NCBI RefSeq assembly: GCF_001447785.1
Contig: NW_015160882.1
Span: 151,916 to 215,153 of the forward strand
DNA from: Gekko japonicus
Taxonomy: Eukaryota
DNA: 63,238 nt
Reading direction: 5' to 3'
The notes below the pieces were generated by a model that worked only from the letters and a program-made list of their open reading frames with translations, was not told the DNA's origin and ran no database searches. Positions 40,180 through 51,110 of this stretch are shown in pieces. Position 1 is the first letter of the stretch. Every line of letters begins with the position of its first letter. The translations under genes were made by a program, and so were the position numbers.

Positions 40180-41146
40180 TCAGTTCCGCAAGGCCTGTAA
40201 GACAGAGCTGTTTCGCCAAGCCTATGGTTGAAGACAGCGATGGGTTCCATCTTTGATTGGCCTCCCCTTTCTCCTCTCTCCCTTTACCCCCCCCCCTTAG
40301 GATTAGACTCTACACACCACTCTCCCTTGAGTTTTATGCCATCTTTTATTATACTGTTAGTTCATGACATAATGTATTTTATCATATACTAGGAAAAAGG
40401 TCCGTTGTGGAAATAAATACAACGGCCTCTAGAAAGAGGCTCTGGGCGTGTGCCCCGGCCTTGGACACTCAGTGTCCATTTGCTGTGGTGACCTCAGCTT
40501 CAGCTTTCCACCCCCCCACACACACCTGCAGCCTCTCCCGTGCTCTGAAGCCCTGACTGCTACATCACATTGGCTGTCATACGGGGGCCACCTCAGCAGC
40601 ATATAAGGATACAGAGCCCACCATTTTCTCCAGGGGAACTGATCTCTGCCATCTGGAAAGCAGTTGTAATTCTGAGGGATCTCCAGCCCTCACCTGAAGA
40701 TTGGACACATTTTACCTCAGAACAGAAAACTGTTTAGAATGTTAGAGGCAAAAGCCAATCAAGTCGCATATGCAAACGACCTCTGTGTTCTGAGGCAAAG
40801 GCCAATGAGGCTGCATATGCAAATAACCTCTGTGTTCTGACTGGCTATGGGGGGGGGGAGGAACAGCAAAATGTTTAGAATGTTGGAGGCAGGACTCAGG
40901 CAAAGCAGCCAGTGGATACGGAGACCCTCTGAATGACAGATCAGAGAGCAATCTGATTTTGGAGCGTGTGGAATGTTCTAGAGAAGTGCCACCACCATTC
41001 GGCTTTTATTTATAAGGAAGATTATTAGGTCTTTTATTGTATTCATGTATTAGAATGTTTTTAATCATGATGTTACCCTGATGTTATCATGAGCCTGGAC
41101 ACAGGGAGAGCGGGATACAAATCCAATAAAATAAATAAATAAATAA
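40180..41146 (+). mobile_element. L2-type LINE 3' end (host of the Helitron)
   Basis: FRKACKTELFRQAYG* at about 40184-40231. The 3' UTR is interrupted at 40389-41021 and ends GAGCGGGATACAAAT...(AATA)n. Confidence 0.7.
40389..41021 (-). mobile_element. Complete non-autonomous Helitron (633 bp)
   Basis: Minus strand reads A|TCTTCCTTATAAATAAAAG ... hairpin GGCCGTTGTATTTATTTCCACAACGGACC, TTTTTCCTAG|T. Inserted between A and T with no TSD. Confidence 0.85.
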
Positions 41147-42460
41147 TGATACCTGCTAGCTTTTGACCAACCTGTTCCCCTATAATTTGTCTATACTCTT
41201 TTAGACACCATATAAACTAATGGCAATTAGCATGCTTATAATTGCCAATTCCACAACTTAATCTTGAATTGCAGATTAAATTCTACCTCCCACCATCCAA
41301 ATTAATCATCTTGGCCAAAAGTGAAGACTACACTACTGTTCTGGCTACACAGAACATCCTTTTCACTGAAGCAACAGTTAATGAAATTTAGGAGTGGCTT
41401 TCCCTTTAAAAGTCAACATAATTTTTATTATTTTTATTTATGTAGTATCAAAAATGTGGCCAGCACTTTACAGGGTGAAAGTAGATACAATCCTTTCCAA
41501 GGAACTTACAAATTTACAAGCTAAAATTAGGCATAAGAGACACAACAAAGGTAACCAGAGAGGGTAAAAGAACACATAAACATGGGGAAAATATGCTTTA
41601 TCCTAGTAACATGTATTTAGGCTTAGTTTAATCAGGGAAGAGCACTAACTAAGAGAGTGTGCTAAAGATAGGATTCTAAGAGTTGGAAGATGTGAGAGCA
41701 GTGACATCACACATGCATTCTGGGAGGTAAGTCCACAAATAAAAGGGAAACATGGAGAAAGGACAGAGTAGGAGACTTTTCGATGCCCAAGTTGAAGAGA
41801 AAACCAAGGCTTCAAGCTCATTCTACAGAATGGATGTTGACACTGTCAATGGAAAAAGAGGGCATATGGGAAGAGGAAGTCTTGAGAGAAGATCAGTGAT
41901 TCTGGTTGTAAAATCCACAGAAAAGTGACATTGACAGTAATTAGTTGAATTCAGTGCTGATAAATGGCTTTTAGCCTGTCGCTTCTGCAATACTGATATT
42001 TGGACATATTCACCTTAGTTTCTCCTACTCCAAATTAAAAGTAATATAATGTGAGAAGTTCACATTAGACAATATATTATTTGTTATAATAAAAGTTCTA
42101 CATGTGGGGAGGGTAGAGATGGACGGAAAATTACATAGACACACCTATCCCCCAAAAGAACTGTGTACCTACTCGATTTGTTGGCAGGGATGTTAATGCT
42201 AGGAATTAGGGTTGCTATCCAGGGAATATATTCAATGATACTGAAAAAACAGAGACCAAATCAACAGGATTGCTACATTTTTGACACAGCTATTTGTTAT
42301 CAATCCTGCAAAAACTATGTTACTTTGGATGGGGGGGGGGGGAATCTAATTTAATCTGATTATCAACTACCAGAATTCTTTCAATTTTGCTTCAGTTAGG
42401 CTTGAAAACAAACCTTCAGCTAGTCATCTGTGGTGAGGAAATGTTGCTTCCAGGTAATCA

Positions 42461-43099
42461 TTTTGTTCTATGTGTATCTGTTATATATAAATTTCATCAA
42501 TTCATAAACTCAAAGTGATTAATAAGAAAGCATTCTAAGCACATCTCCAATTACAAAGCTTCAAAGTATAACTAATCAATATTCCTAGTTACAAAACTTC
42601 GAAGCATAATCCAGCAATTCCTCAATATACAGTACACTTGTGCACTTAGTATACACTGTCCATAAGTATAATCCTCTGAAGTCAGACAACGGTCCCTCTG
42701 GAACAAAACAGTCCATAAATTTCTCGTGGTCTGTGGTTTTTTCCTTCTCCTCTAGAATAAAACAGTCCACTAAATTTCTCATGCTCTGTGCTATTTTCAT
42801 CCAATGAGGTCCCGGTAATTTCTCTCGTTTCGTGTAATCTCTTCTTCCAGGAAATTAATCCGTGACTTTCACAAAACAGACTTCTCCCGGCATCGGAGGA
42901 CACCAATCACATATATTCTTTATTATGATTTGTCCGTACATTCAAACATTTGGTGCTTTTAAGTTTTGTAATTGGGGATATTGACTGATTATACTTTGAA
43001 GCTTTGTAATTGCAAATCTGTTTAGAATATTTTCTTGTTAATCACTTTGAGTTTATGAACTGATGACATTTATATACAACAGATATACATAGAACAAAA
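42461..43099. repeat. Long inverted repeat: 146-bp arms (42461-42606, 42954-43099) around a 347-bp spacer
   Basis: Arms align without gaps, with about 19 mismatches by hand count. The spacer has an about 40-bp direct repeat (TCT(G/A)GAA(C/T)AAAACAGTCCA...AAATTTCTC). Confidence 0.92.
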
Positions 43100-43241
43100 C
43101 AGACAGCAAAGTCCATATAAATTGTGATTGACAATAGCTGAACTATAGTCATAGTCTACAAGGCTGGTTTAAATCTTTTGCATCAGGTGTAGTACTGTTT
43201 ATTTAAAGTTGTTGAAGAGATAAAGGCAATAGGAAACATAC

Positions 43242-43314
43242 CTCTGATAAGAATGTCTGAGCGGATTTCTGTGCTCCTACATGGAGCAGATATTCATATA
43301 CATACAGTGCTAAC
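43242..43314 (-). CDS. SSBP2: SSBP2 coding exon 2 (73 bp; (K)[24 protein letters not shown], LisH motif)
   Basis: Minus strand reads ttccAG|GTTAGCA...TCAGAG|GTatgt. The translation matches the SSBP/SSDP N-terminal LisH sequence and splices in frame to the next exon. Confidence 0.96.
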
Positions 43315-44309
43315 CTGGAAATAGAAAAAAAGAGAGAAAAATTGACTTGCAAAGTTCAAGGTCCAAAATTCATAGACTGAGATATGTATTATCAAAGAAA
43401 GGAGACGTACTAGAAAAGCAAACTCAGTTTCATCTATTGTACTAACATCTTCCAGTTGTGTATGTGGGGAAAATCATAGGCATATATCTGGGGGAAATCA
43501 CAGGCAAAGCTAGAATGCTATTATGCAAAACTCAGTCTGTCAATATTTTATTATCTTGGGCACAGGCCCAGTTAGCTCATAACTGTTCAGCTTCTATTAA
43601 TCTATATTTATCCACACAAAGCTATGCTTACAGTAAACAATACAACATAGTTATAATTATAGAAGTACTGAGCATTTTCTCAACAAAAGCACTAAACAAG
43701 AAACCTTCTGAATTCTTCATTTCCTTAACTCCATGTTTCCATTCATCACAGGAGCTACAGAAAGTTCATATAAATTGTGAACAACCAAACCCTGCACCAG
43801 TTGTGATGAGACCAAGGATTTATCATGGGAACAGTCAAGAGGGCCATTTAGCCCAGGGCCTCACATTACATTTAGGCTCTTCACATCATCTTCAAATGAG
43901 GTTATACATACAGTCAGAGATACACTGACAAGATTGAAAGAAGAAAATGTTTAACATACAATTTTAAACTTGTGTCCCTTTACTGGGCCATGCTGTTTAT
44001 AGTGCCCACTATGAATTTATATCTTCCTCCGTCAGCTGTAGCGACACCAGAAGCTGGACTGAGTCTGGCAGAAGTGGTTCGGGCCTTTCTCAACCTCTGA
44101 GGGACCCTAATGAAACCATTTCTAAACAAAATTGTCTTACTAATAAAATAAGTTGGTTGTGCCAGAATAAAAAAAGTGGACAGGACAAAGAGAATACTAT
44201 ACGACTACTTCTACTACTACTAATAATAAAGCATCAAACAGAAGTCTTCACTCTGACCTTGTGGGTTCCACTGATTTCAGAAGGATTTATGTCTTAGTAT
44301 GCCCACTTA

Positions 44310-44645
44310 GGTAAATAAAAGGTAAAAGTTTCCCTTGCTCGAAAGCTAGTCGAATCCAACTCTAGGGGGCGGTGCTCATCTCTGTTTCCAAGCCGAAGAG
44401 CCAGTTTCCGTGGTCATGTGGCCGGCATAACTAAACGCCAAGGTGTACAGAATGCTGTTACCTTCCCACTGAAGTGGTACCTATTTATTTACTTGCAATT
44501 TTTTGCTTTCGAGCTGCTAGGTTGGCAGGACCTGGGGCCAGAGATGAGAGCTCACTCCATCACACGGCACTAGGGTCTTGAACTGCTGAACTATAGACCT
44601 TCCAGTCTGCAGCTCAGCGTCTTAACCTCTGAGCCATTGCGGTCC
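44310..44645 (-). mobile_element. Sauria SINE, near full length
   Basis: Tail, body and tRNA head match the other copies. Confidence 0.88.
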
Positions 44646-44849
44646 ATACCATTCATTAAAATTCTAATTTACAACTTGGTTTGTTTTTGAATTTAATCTG
44701 TATATACTGCTAAAGTGAATCAATACTGGAAAATGTAATTTTGTCTGAACAATAGTGAAAGGTTTTTCTTATCTGTCTTACAGACATAGGCATGTGGGCG
44801 GTCTTACCATATTTTTCCCCTGAGGACTTCATGCATCTTTAGCAGCAGC

Positions 44850-45236
44850 AAGATAAACAGAAATTCAAGAAGTGAAATTCAACAAGAGACTGCTGAACTG
44901 CAATTGATAATAAAGCTCTCAAGACAATGCATCCTCCTGGATTGAATGGAGACCTAGGTTTTCTGTCTCATTACCAATGCTGATTTCTCCACGCCTATTA
45001 CCCCTCTGCATATCTCACCTAAATCCATCACTACTCCTGCTATTGTCATTCACCTGCTATTGTCATTTGCTTGCTAATGTCATTAGGCATCTGAAACCAC
45101 TCCACTTTCCAATAAACAGAACAGATGGACTCCCATTCTAGCTGTATCTGAAGAAGTGAGCAGTGACTCATGAAAGCTCATACCCTGCCACATATTTTGT
45201 TAGTCTTTAAGGTGCTATTGGACTCTTGCTCTTTTC
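44850..45236 (+). mobile_element. Penelope-like element 3' end (GIY-YIG C-terminus and pLTR)
   Basis: Frameshifted ETAELQLIIKL/KTMHPPGLNGDLGFLSHYQC* (stop at 44981-44983), then a hammerhead motif and the TTGTTAGTCTTTAAGGTGCTA-type terminus of reptile PLEs. Confidence 0.8.
45141..45189 (+). ncRNA. Minimal type I hammerhead ribozyme motif (Penelope-associated)
   Basis: GTAT-CTGAAGA-A-GTGAG(cagtga)CTCAT-GAAA-GC-TC-ATAC: core CUGANGA and GAAA, stem II GTGAG/CTCAT, stem I GTAT/ATAC. Confidence 0.7.
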
Positions 45237-45829
45237 ACCAAGTGAAGTTTTGCTAGCATCGTAGCTACCAAATGAGCCCTGTCAGAACAAAACACCACTT
45301 CTCAATTGCTGCAGAAATTAAGTTGTGAATCCACAAACTGAACGGAGGATTTCATTATGAGGAGAAACAAAGGGGTGTCTGATGGCACTAGTTTTACAGA
45401 TTCTTTTTGGTTTTGCTGCAGCAAGCTAACATGGCTATCCCACCCGAATTCTGAGTAGAGGTTGGTTATATAGAAACAAAACACTACAAAAACAGCAGCT
45501 CTCGATACAAAAAGGTATATCGATCGATCCTAGTTCACTGGGAAACACTAAATGACCAACTGAAGAAGTGTGCAGTCATCACGACAAGAGAGGGACTGAG
45601 ATCAGAGAAGTTTCAATGTTCCACATTTTAAAGTTACAAGCAGTAATGTGGGTTTCCCAGAAAAATTATGTAACACTCTTAAGTATAGTATGACCTGATT
45701 AATATGTTTATTTTACCTTCTACTTGGTAAACAAATTTTAAAAGCAAAGTTTTAATAAAAAATTAAGCAACATATATGAGCTAGATTTTAGTTCAATAGT
45801 ACCTTTGAGATAAACGAGATATTTGGGGT

Positions 45830-46172
45830 AAAAGCTTTGCCAGGTGCTACCTTTCTGTCAGCAGGGAGATCGATGGGCCTTTCCTGGAGCTTCTGCCCCG
45901 CGTGCAAGTATGCACGGCGCAATGATGGCACCCATAAGTGACATCATTGTGTCGCCGACACCAAATGGTGGCACTCTAGTTTTTGGCAAAGTTCTATGGT
46001 TTGAGCTTGATTTTACCATAGAGTTTTGCCCAAAAACTAGAGTGGCACTGTGCGATATCACAGCATGCTGCATGTAGGGGCATTTGCAGGTAGGGTTCCC
46101 CCCCACTGGCCAACTGGCTGGTGGTGGGGAGGAGGGGGAACCCCTGAACGGACCAGAGGTCTGGCAACCCTA
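45830..46172. mobile_element. hAT-like MITE (GGCAACCCTA end) with a 30-bp-arm internal hairpin
   Basis: Ends GTCTGGCAACCCTA; hairpin arms at 45971-46000 and 46015-46046. Confidence 0.6.
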
Positions 46173-46879
46173 CAAAGCTCTCTTTGTCAGATATAATATG
46201 TGGATAACTGACATAATGTAATGCAATACAAGTTCACCACAGACAGCAAACCACATCAGGATCTATTTCATCTTAAGCATTTCTGCAGTGAGTTCTTTGC
46301 ACAGATTAGCATTTTCTTAAGTCAAGTGTGATAGGCATGTTCTCTCAACCATTCCACCTTTCATGCTTTCCAGTCAATTAATTTCATTTATGAAACTGCA
46401 GACTTTCCATCTAGTGGCAAGAGAACAGCTGGTTGATTCAATTGTTCAAGACACGGAACCAGTTTTTCTGGCCAAGCAACTACTGGAATCTTGCTAAGTT
46501 TGTGCGTTTGTTCCTTCCTGCCTACTGCAGCTTTTCATTTTGTTCTCACACTGAAAGAAGTCTTCATATAGTTTTTCAGATGGAAGAAAGTTCAGGCATT
46601 CAAGTCTGGTATTCACCTACCTGAGAATACTATAAGAAAATACCTATATATATAGTCTGTCTGATTTTGTAGCGTGAAAAGATTAGAGGTTTCACAGAAG
46701 ATGGTTGTTTAGAACTACTAAGTGAAATCCAGAAAGAGTGACATAAACATCTATGGCTGTAGATGCTGCTGCCAAGCCCAGGTTGTCTGGTAATGAATAT
46801 GACTCTCATGTTCAAGCCCATATTGGAAAAGGCAGCAAAAACGCTCTAGCAAGGACATGGAATAAAGCACTTCAATTTT

Positions 46880-47095
46880 GTGTAGTGCGGTATAACTTGG
46901 TACAGCGGTTAAAGTGTTGGATAAGGATCTTTGATATCCACATTAAAATCCCCACTATGCAAAATGAGCTTGCCGGGTGACCCTGGGCAAGTCACACACA
47001 CTGTTTAGCCTACCTGACAGGGTTGTTGGGACAGAAATGGAAGAGGGGAGACTAATGTATGCTCCTTGGAGAATAGGTGGGATAAAATAAATAGG
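46880..47095 (+). mobile_element. Older CORE/MIR-like SINE
   Basis: TGGTACAGCGGTTAAAGTGTTGG head and GGGTGACCCTGGGCAAGTCAC...CCTACCTGACAGGGTTGTTG core. Confidence 0.65.
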
Positions 47096-49239
47096 AAAAT
47101 TAAGAGACAACAACAAAACTGCTACAAAAGGGGGACAACAAATATTGAAGGTCTCTTCATTAAGTTTTTCAAAGTGGTGTGCCATCTTCAGAGAATTTGA
47201 ATATCAGAATGTACCAGTCAGCAGACCCACGTAACAGCCCACAACATACTTTCAGTCGTCCCCAAAACCATGACAAGGCTGAGAGGAAAATAATAGAGGC
47301 CTTTTACAGAACAAGCAATAATGAGCACTGAACAGGCATTGAATCTCTGCATTGCAACAACAGAAACAAATATGGAGTACATCATAAAATCTTTTGATAT
47401 GGTAAAGTCATCATTAGATTATTTTTATTTAGTTAATTTTAGGTGGCAATTATTTCTTAGAAAAGTGTGTGATGTTTATTTTGTGTATCCAAAGATAGGT
47501 TCAAGTGACTTTGTTCATTATAAAAGTAGTTTTTCAAATTATGAACTCTGTAGAAATAAGTTGCTTAATTAATGGAGGTGTTATGGGAATTATCCAATTA
47601 TTGGCTACTAAATGAATATGCATTATTTATCTCCAAGTTTCCTGCAAAAGCCTGATTGCCACTTGCAAAGAACTGCAGTCATCACTGCTAAACTGAAGCC
47701 ATGTCTCTCGGTCAATTTTTGGTTTGTTCATACAATCAGTGGGTGTTGGAATTGTCACTGCATTTTTTTTGTTTGTCAGAGCACGTATCTCCACTTGGTT
47801 CAATAGCTTGGCTTTCATTGCCCATTACAGCCAGTTCTTTTGCCAGACCAAGTCCTCATCTACACACACTTTTGAATGTGGATTCCAGGATACTTTGTAT
47901 AGTAGAGGACGGCCTCTATAAATTCAGAAGCCACTCAGAATACTGGAAAGGTATACGAAAGGGAAAAGAATGACCTTTCTTGCTGATTTGCTTCCTTACC
48001 TCTCCCTATCTTCCTCCCTCCTAGTCCCAAAGGCATTCAGAGAGAGGGTAGTATATCTTGTCATGCCTATGCAACGTTAGTGGAAAGGAGAGAAAGCACA
48101 CATAATCAATGCACAAGAAATAAAAAGAAGAAAATGACATCTATTTGCCTGGGCAGGACTCCAGGGAATGGCACAAGAATGACCTACATTTATTCAGAAC
48201 CAGTAGTTAACTATTAGCAGCAACACAGAAGTTCAGTGACTTAAAACGGTTTTACTTAAAACTGAATAGCAAGTTCATTTTGGGAATGCCATTCTAGTGT
48301 ATGCAGTCCTCCCTAGGATACAACAGCAGAAGTCCTCCACATTTGAGAACGCTATCTTTCAACAAACAATTTCTTCTCTTAAAAACATATATGTAGTTGT
48401 GGCATATCAATCTTCATTGAACACTGCTGGCCCAGCCTCTCTGATGGCCTCCAAGACACTCCCCCCCACCTCCTACTAGGGCCAGCTCGCGAACTAGGCG
48501 AACTAGGCATTCGCTTAGAGCGGCCTGGCCCTTAGGGGCACCAAAGTGCACCGCCCCCCCACCAAAAGCCCCCATCCCCACCAAAAGCCCTACCACTTCT
48601 TTCCCCCCCGAGTCCTACCAGGCTACCTTTCCTACCTGGAAAGGGCTCCATTAGCGCTGGGCACAACAGCAGCAGCAGCAGCAGCGTCATGCTCGGGGGA
48701 GCCGGCAGCCCCCCTCCCGGTCAGAAGGCGCCCTCCCCCCTTGCCTTTGTTCCTCTGCCAGCCCACCATCCTCCCTCTCCATCCTCCACTCCCACCCTCC
48801 CCCCGAACCCGCCCTTCTGCTTCGCCCAACTTTTGGGGTGAGGGAGGGCAGCTGTATCCCCATCTGCTTGGGCAGCGCCCGTGGTTTTGCACTGCTTGTC
48901 TCCAATTCTCCGTCTAAGCTGCTCGAACACCCCTGATGTGAGCGCGAGAGAGCAATGTAGCAAAGCGTCAGGAGTTCAGAAAGCACCAAACGTACAGTGC
49001 AAAACCAGGGCGGCGGGGGAGGAGACACGGGGGTGGGGAGGCTACCGCGGCGGGGGAGTTAATAGATTTCTCTCTTGCGCTCCCCCCCCCGAAGGTGGTG
49101 AGCTGGGGGGGGGGGATCCAGGACTTATATATATGCCTGCATATTATCGATGCATCCATCGCCTTTTCCCCAAATCTCTGAATATAATTTAAAGACACCA
49201 TGAGACTTGAGTTCGGGTAAAGGCGTTTCTGGCTCCCTT

Positions 49240-50132
49240 ATGTATGTATGTGTATGTGTATGTATATTCATGCATGAATTCTATGGGCCAGAGTTTGCAC
49301 AGAGGAAAGTCCTCCTTCTCTCCAGGCCCCACCAGGAGATTTGCTCAGCGGGACTGCCTTAGCACTGCTGCTGGCCCAGCCTCCCTGATGTCTTTAAATA
49401 CAATCCCCCCCCCTCAACACCAGACAGGCCAGTGTCTGTCAGGTGTAGGAGCAAGGCCAGGGTATGAATGTTTATGGGGAGATAGTAAAGAACATTTCTA
49501 GGAGCCATTCAATGCATGCCTCCCTCATGAACCTGAAGATATGTGCACCACATCACCACTCCCTCACACCAACTCCCCCTCACACCTCTCACCTCTTACT
49601 GCCCCCAAGAAAGCTCCTGGCAAAGGTCGAGCCAGATACACCAACGCTACAAGGAGGAGGCAACTTAGGAATGCAGCAAAGACATTTGCACATAGTACTC
49701 CTGCAGTGCACTGAGCTGCACAAGCCAAGTACCAGCAAGATCACCCTGAGGTGCTCAGAACAACAGTCTCCATATGAGCAAAACAATCTAGGAACACAAG
49801 TAGAGAGGCCATCACTTTCGTGGAAGGTGGCAGGAATTGACTTAACAGACGACTGCTTCTTAAATGGACAGTTCTATGTGGCCTGCTCCAGAGTGAGCTC
49901 ATCAAGCAGCCTGGTGATCCAAGCACCTGAGGGCAGAACCACCAATGTGGTCTAGAGAGGGGTCCTTCAATAGAGGAGAAAAAAGTATGTATGTCTCACT
50001 TCATTTCTTACACTACAATCTTCTCCGTTAGAAGTCCTACAACAAATGTCACATTTCAAATTTCACATCATCGGTATTATAAGTGGATTTACAGAACTGA
50101 AATACCGCAGCGAAGCACGGGTATCAGGCTAG
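49240..50132 (+). mobile_element. Helitron 3' part with degenerate helicase C-terminus (5' boundary uncertain)
   Basis: ORF 49464..49955 ends KVAGIDLTDDCFLNGQFYVACSRV...GRTTNVV, the PIF1-family motif VI region of RepHel. 3' hairpin ATACCGCAGCGAAGCACGGGTAT, then CTAG|T at 50129-50133. Confidence 0.85.
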
Positions 50133-50857
50133 TAAAATATAGAAACCTGAGCAGGGAGGGGGAGAGGAAAGGGTTGCATCAATATCTGGAACATGGCTAC
50201 CACTCCAAGCAGGGGAGGAAGAAGGATTAGCCCATTCTTTCTCCCCCACCCCACCCCACACATCGGTTAGCTGCTTCCCAATGGGTCGTTGAGAACCTCT
50301 TCCTGTTTTACTGAGGGAAAGCCCAAGTTGCCAGCCAAAATACGTGTAGTGTTTGAAAGGAGGGTGGGGTCCCTCTGTCTCATCCAACCCAGCCCATGGA
50401 GCATCATTTCCCTTTTCTCCACTTCCCTGTGAGGGCGATTCTAGTCAAGGGTTACTCGGCTAGAGGAGGAAGGGACAAAATGTGTGGTTGTGCCTAAGGG
50501 TTAGGAGTGGGTGGGGCCCCTTGGAAAGCACTTGAATGAAAAGGGGATCAGGAGATAAGATGTAGTAACAAGATCCAAGATTGCTACAGACACTCACAGG
50601 CAAGCATGCGTGCACGCACCCCACTTAACCATCCCCCCTGCTCAGCTGGGATCTGCTCTTTTTTGTAGAGAAAGGCACCATGGGCAGATCATGGCAGGCC
50701 TGCTTAGGTATGTACACATGTGTATTCAGGCCGCCGGGGGTCAGAAGGCTGCAGGGAGAGAGCAAGACATAAGTCTGGGAAGCTGTCACCGGCTGGAGAC
50801 TAAGAAAAGGAAGATATGCTACCATTTCTGAGTGTGGAATATCGATCGTGCCAAGAT

Positions 50858-51110
50858 CAGTGTGTGGCCTCTAATCTGGGAGAACCAGGTTTGATTCCCC
50901 ACTCCTCCACTTGCAGCTGCTGGATGACCTTGGGCAAGCCATAGTTCTGTCAGAGCTGTTCTCTCAAGGGCAATTCTGGAAAGAGCTCTCTCAGCCCAAC
51001 CTACCTCACAGGGTGTCCGTTGTGGGGAGGGGAAGGGAAAGGAGTTTGTAAGCCGCTCTGAAACGCCAAGTGAAGGGTGGAGTATAAATCCAATCTTCTC
51101 TTCTTCTTTC
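50858..51110 (+). mobile_element. Squam3-like SINE
   Basis: CTCTAATCTGGGAGAACCAGGTTTGATTCCC B-box, CORE-like body and (TCT)n tail. Confidence 0.85.

Noticed and set aside
43458-43928. 156-aa plus-strand ORF
   Set aside because: Non-ATG start, no recognisable domain, antisense within an SSBP2 intron.
45559-45590. Another hammerhead-like CTGAAGAAGTG...CACGAC motif
   Set aside because: The GAAA core and stems I and III are missing.
48476-49235. CpG island or promoter with Pro/Gly-rich ORFs
   Set aside because: Sharp boundaries and its position in a transposon composite point to a young repeat; no SSBP2 exon 1 peptide is present.
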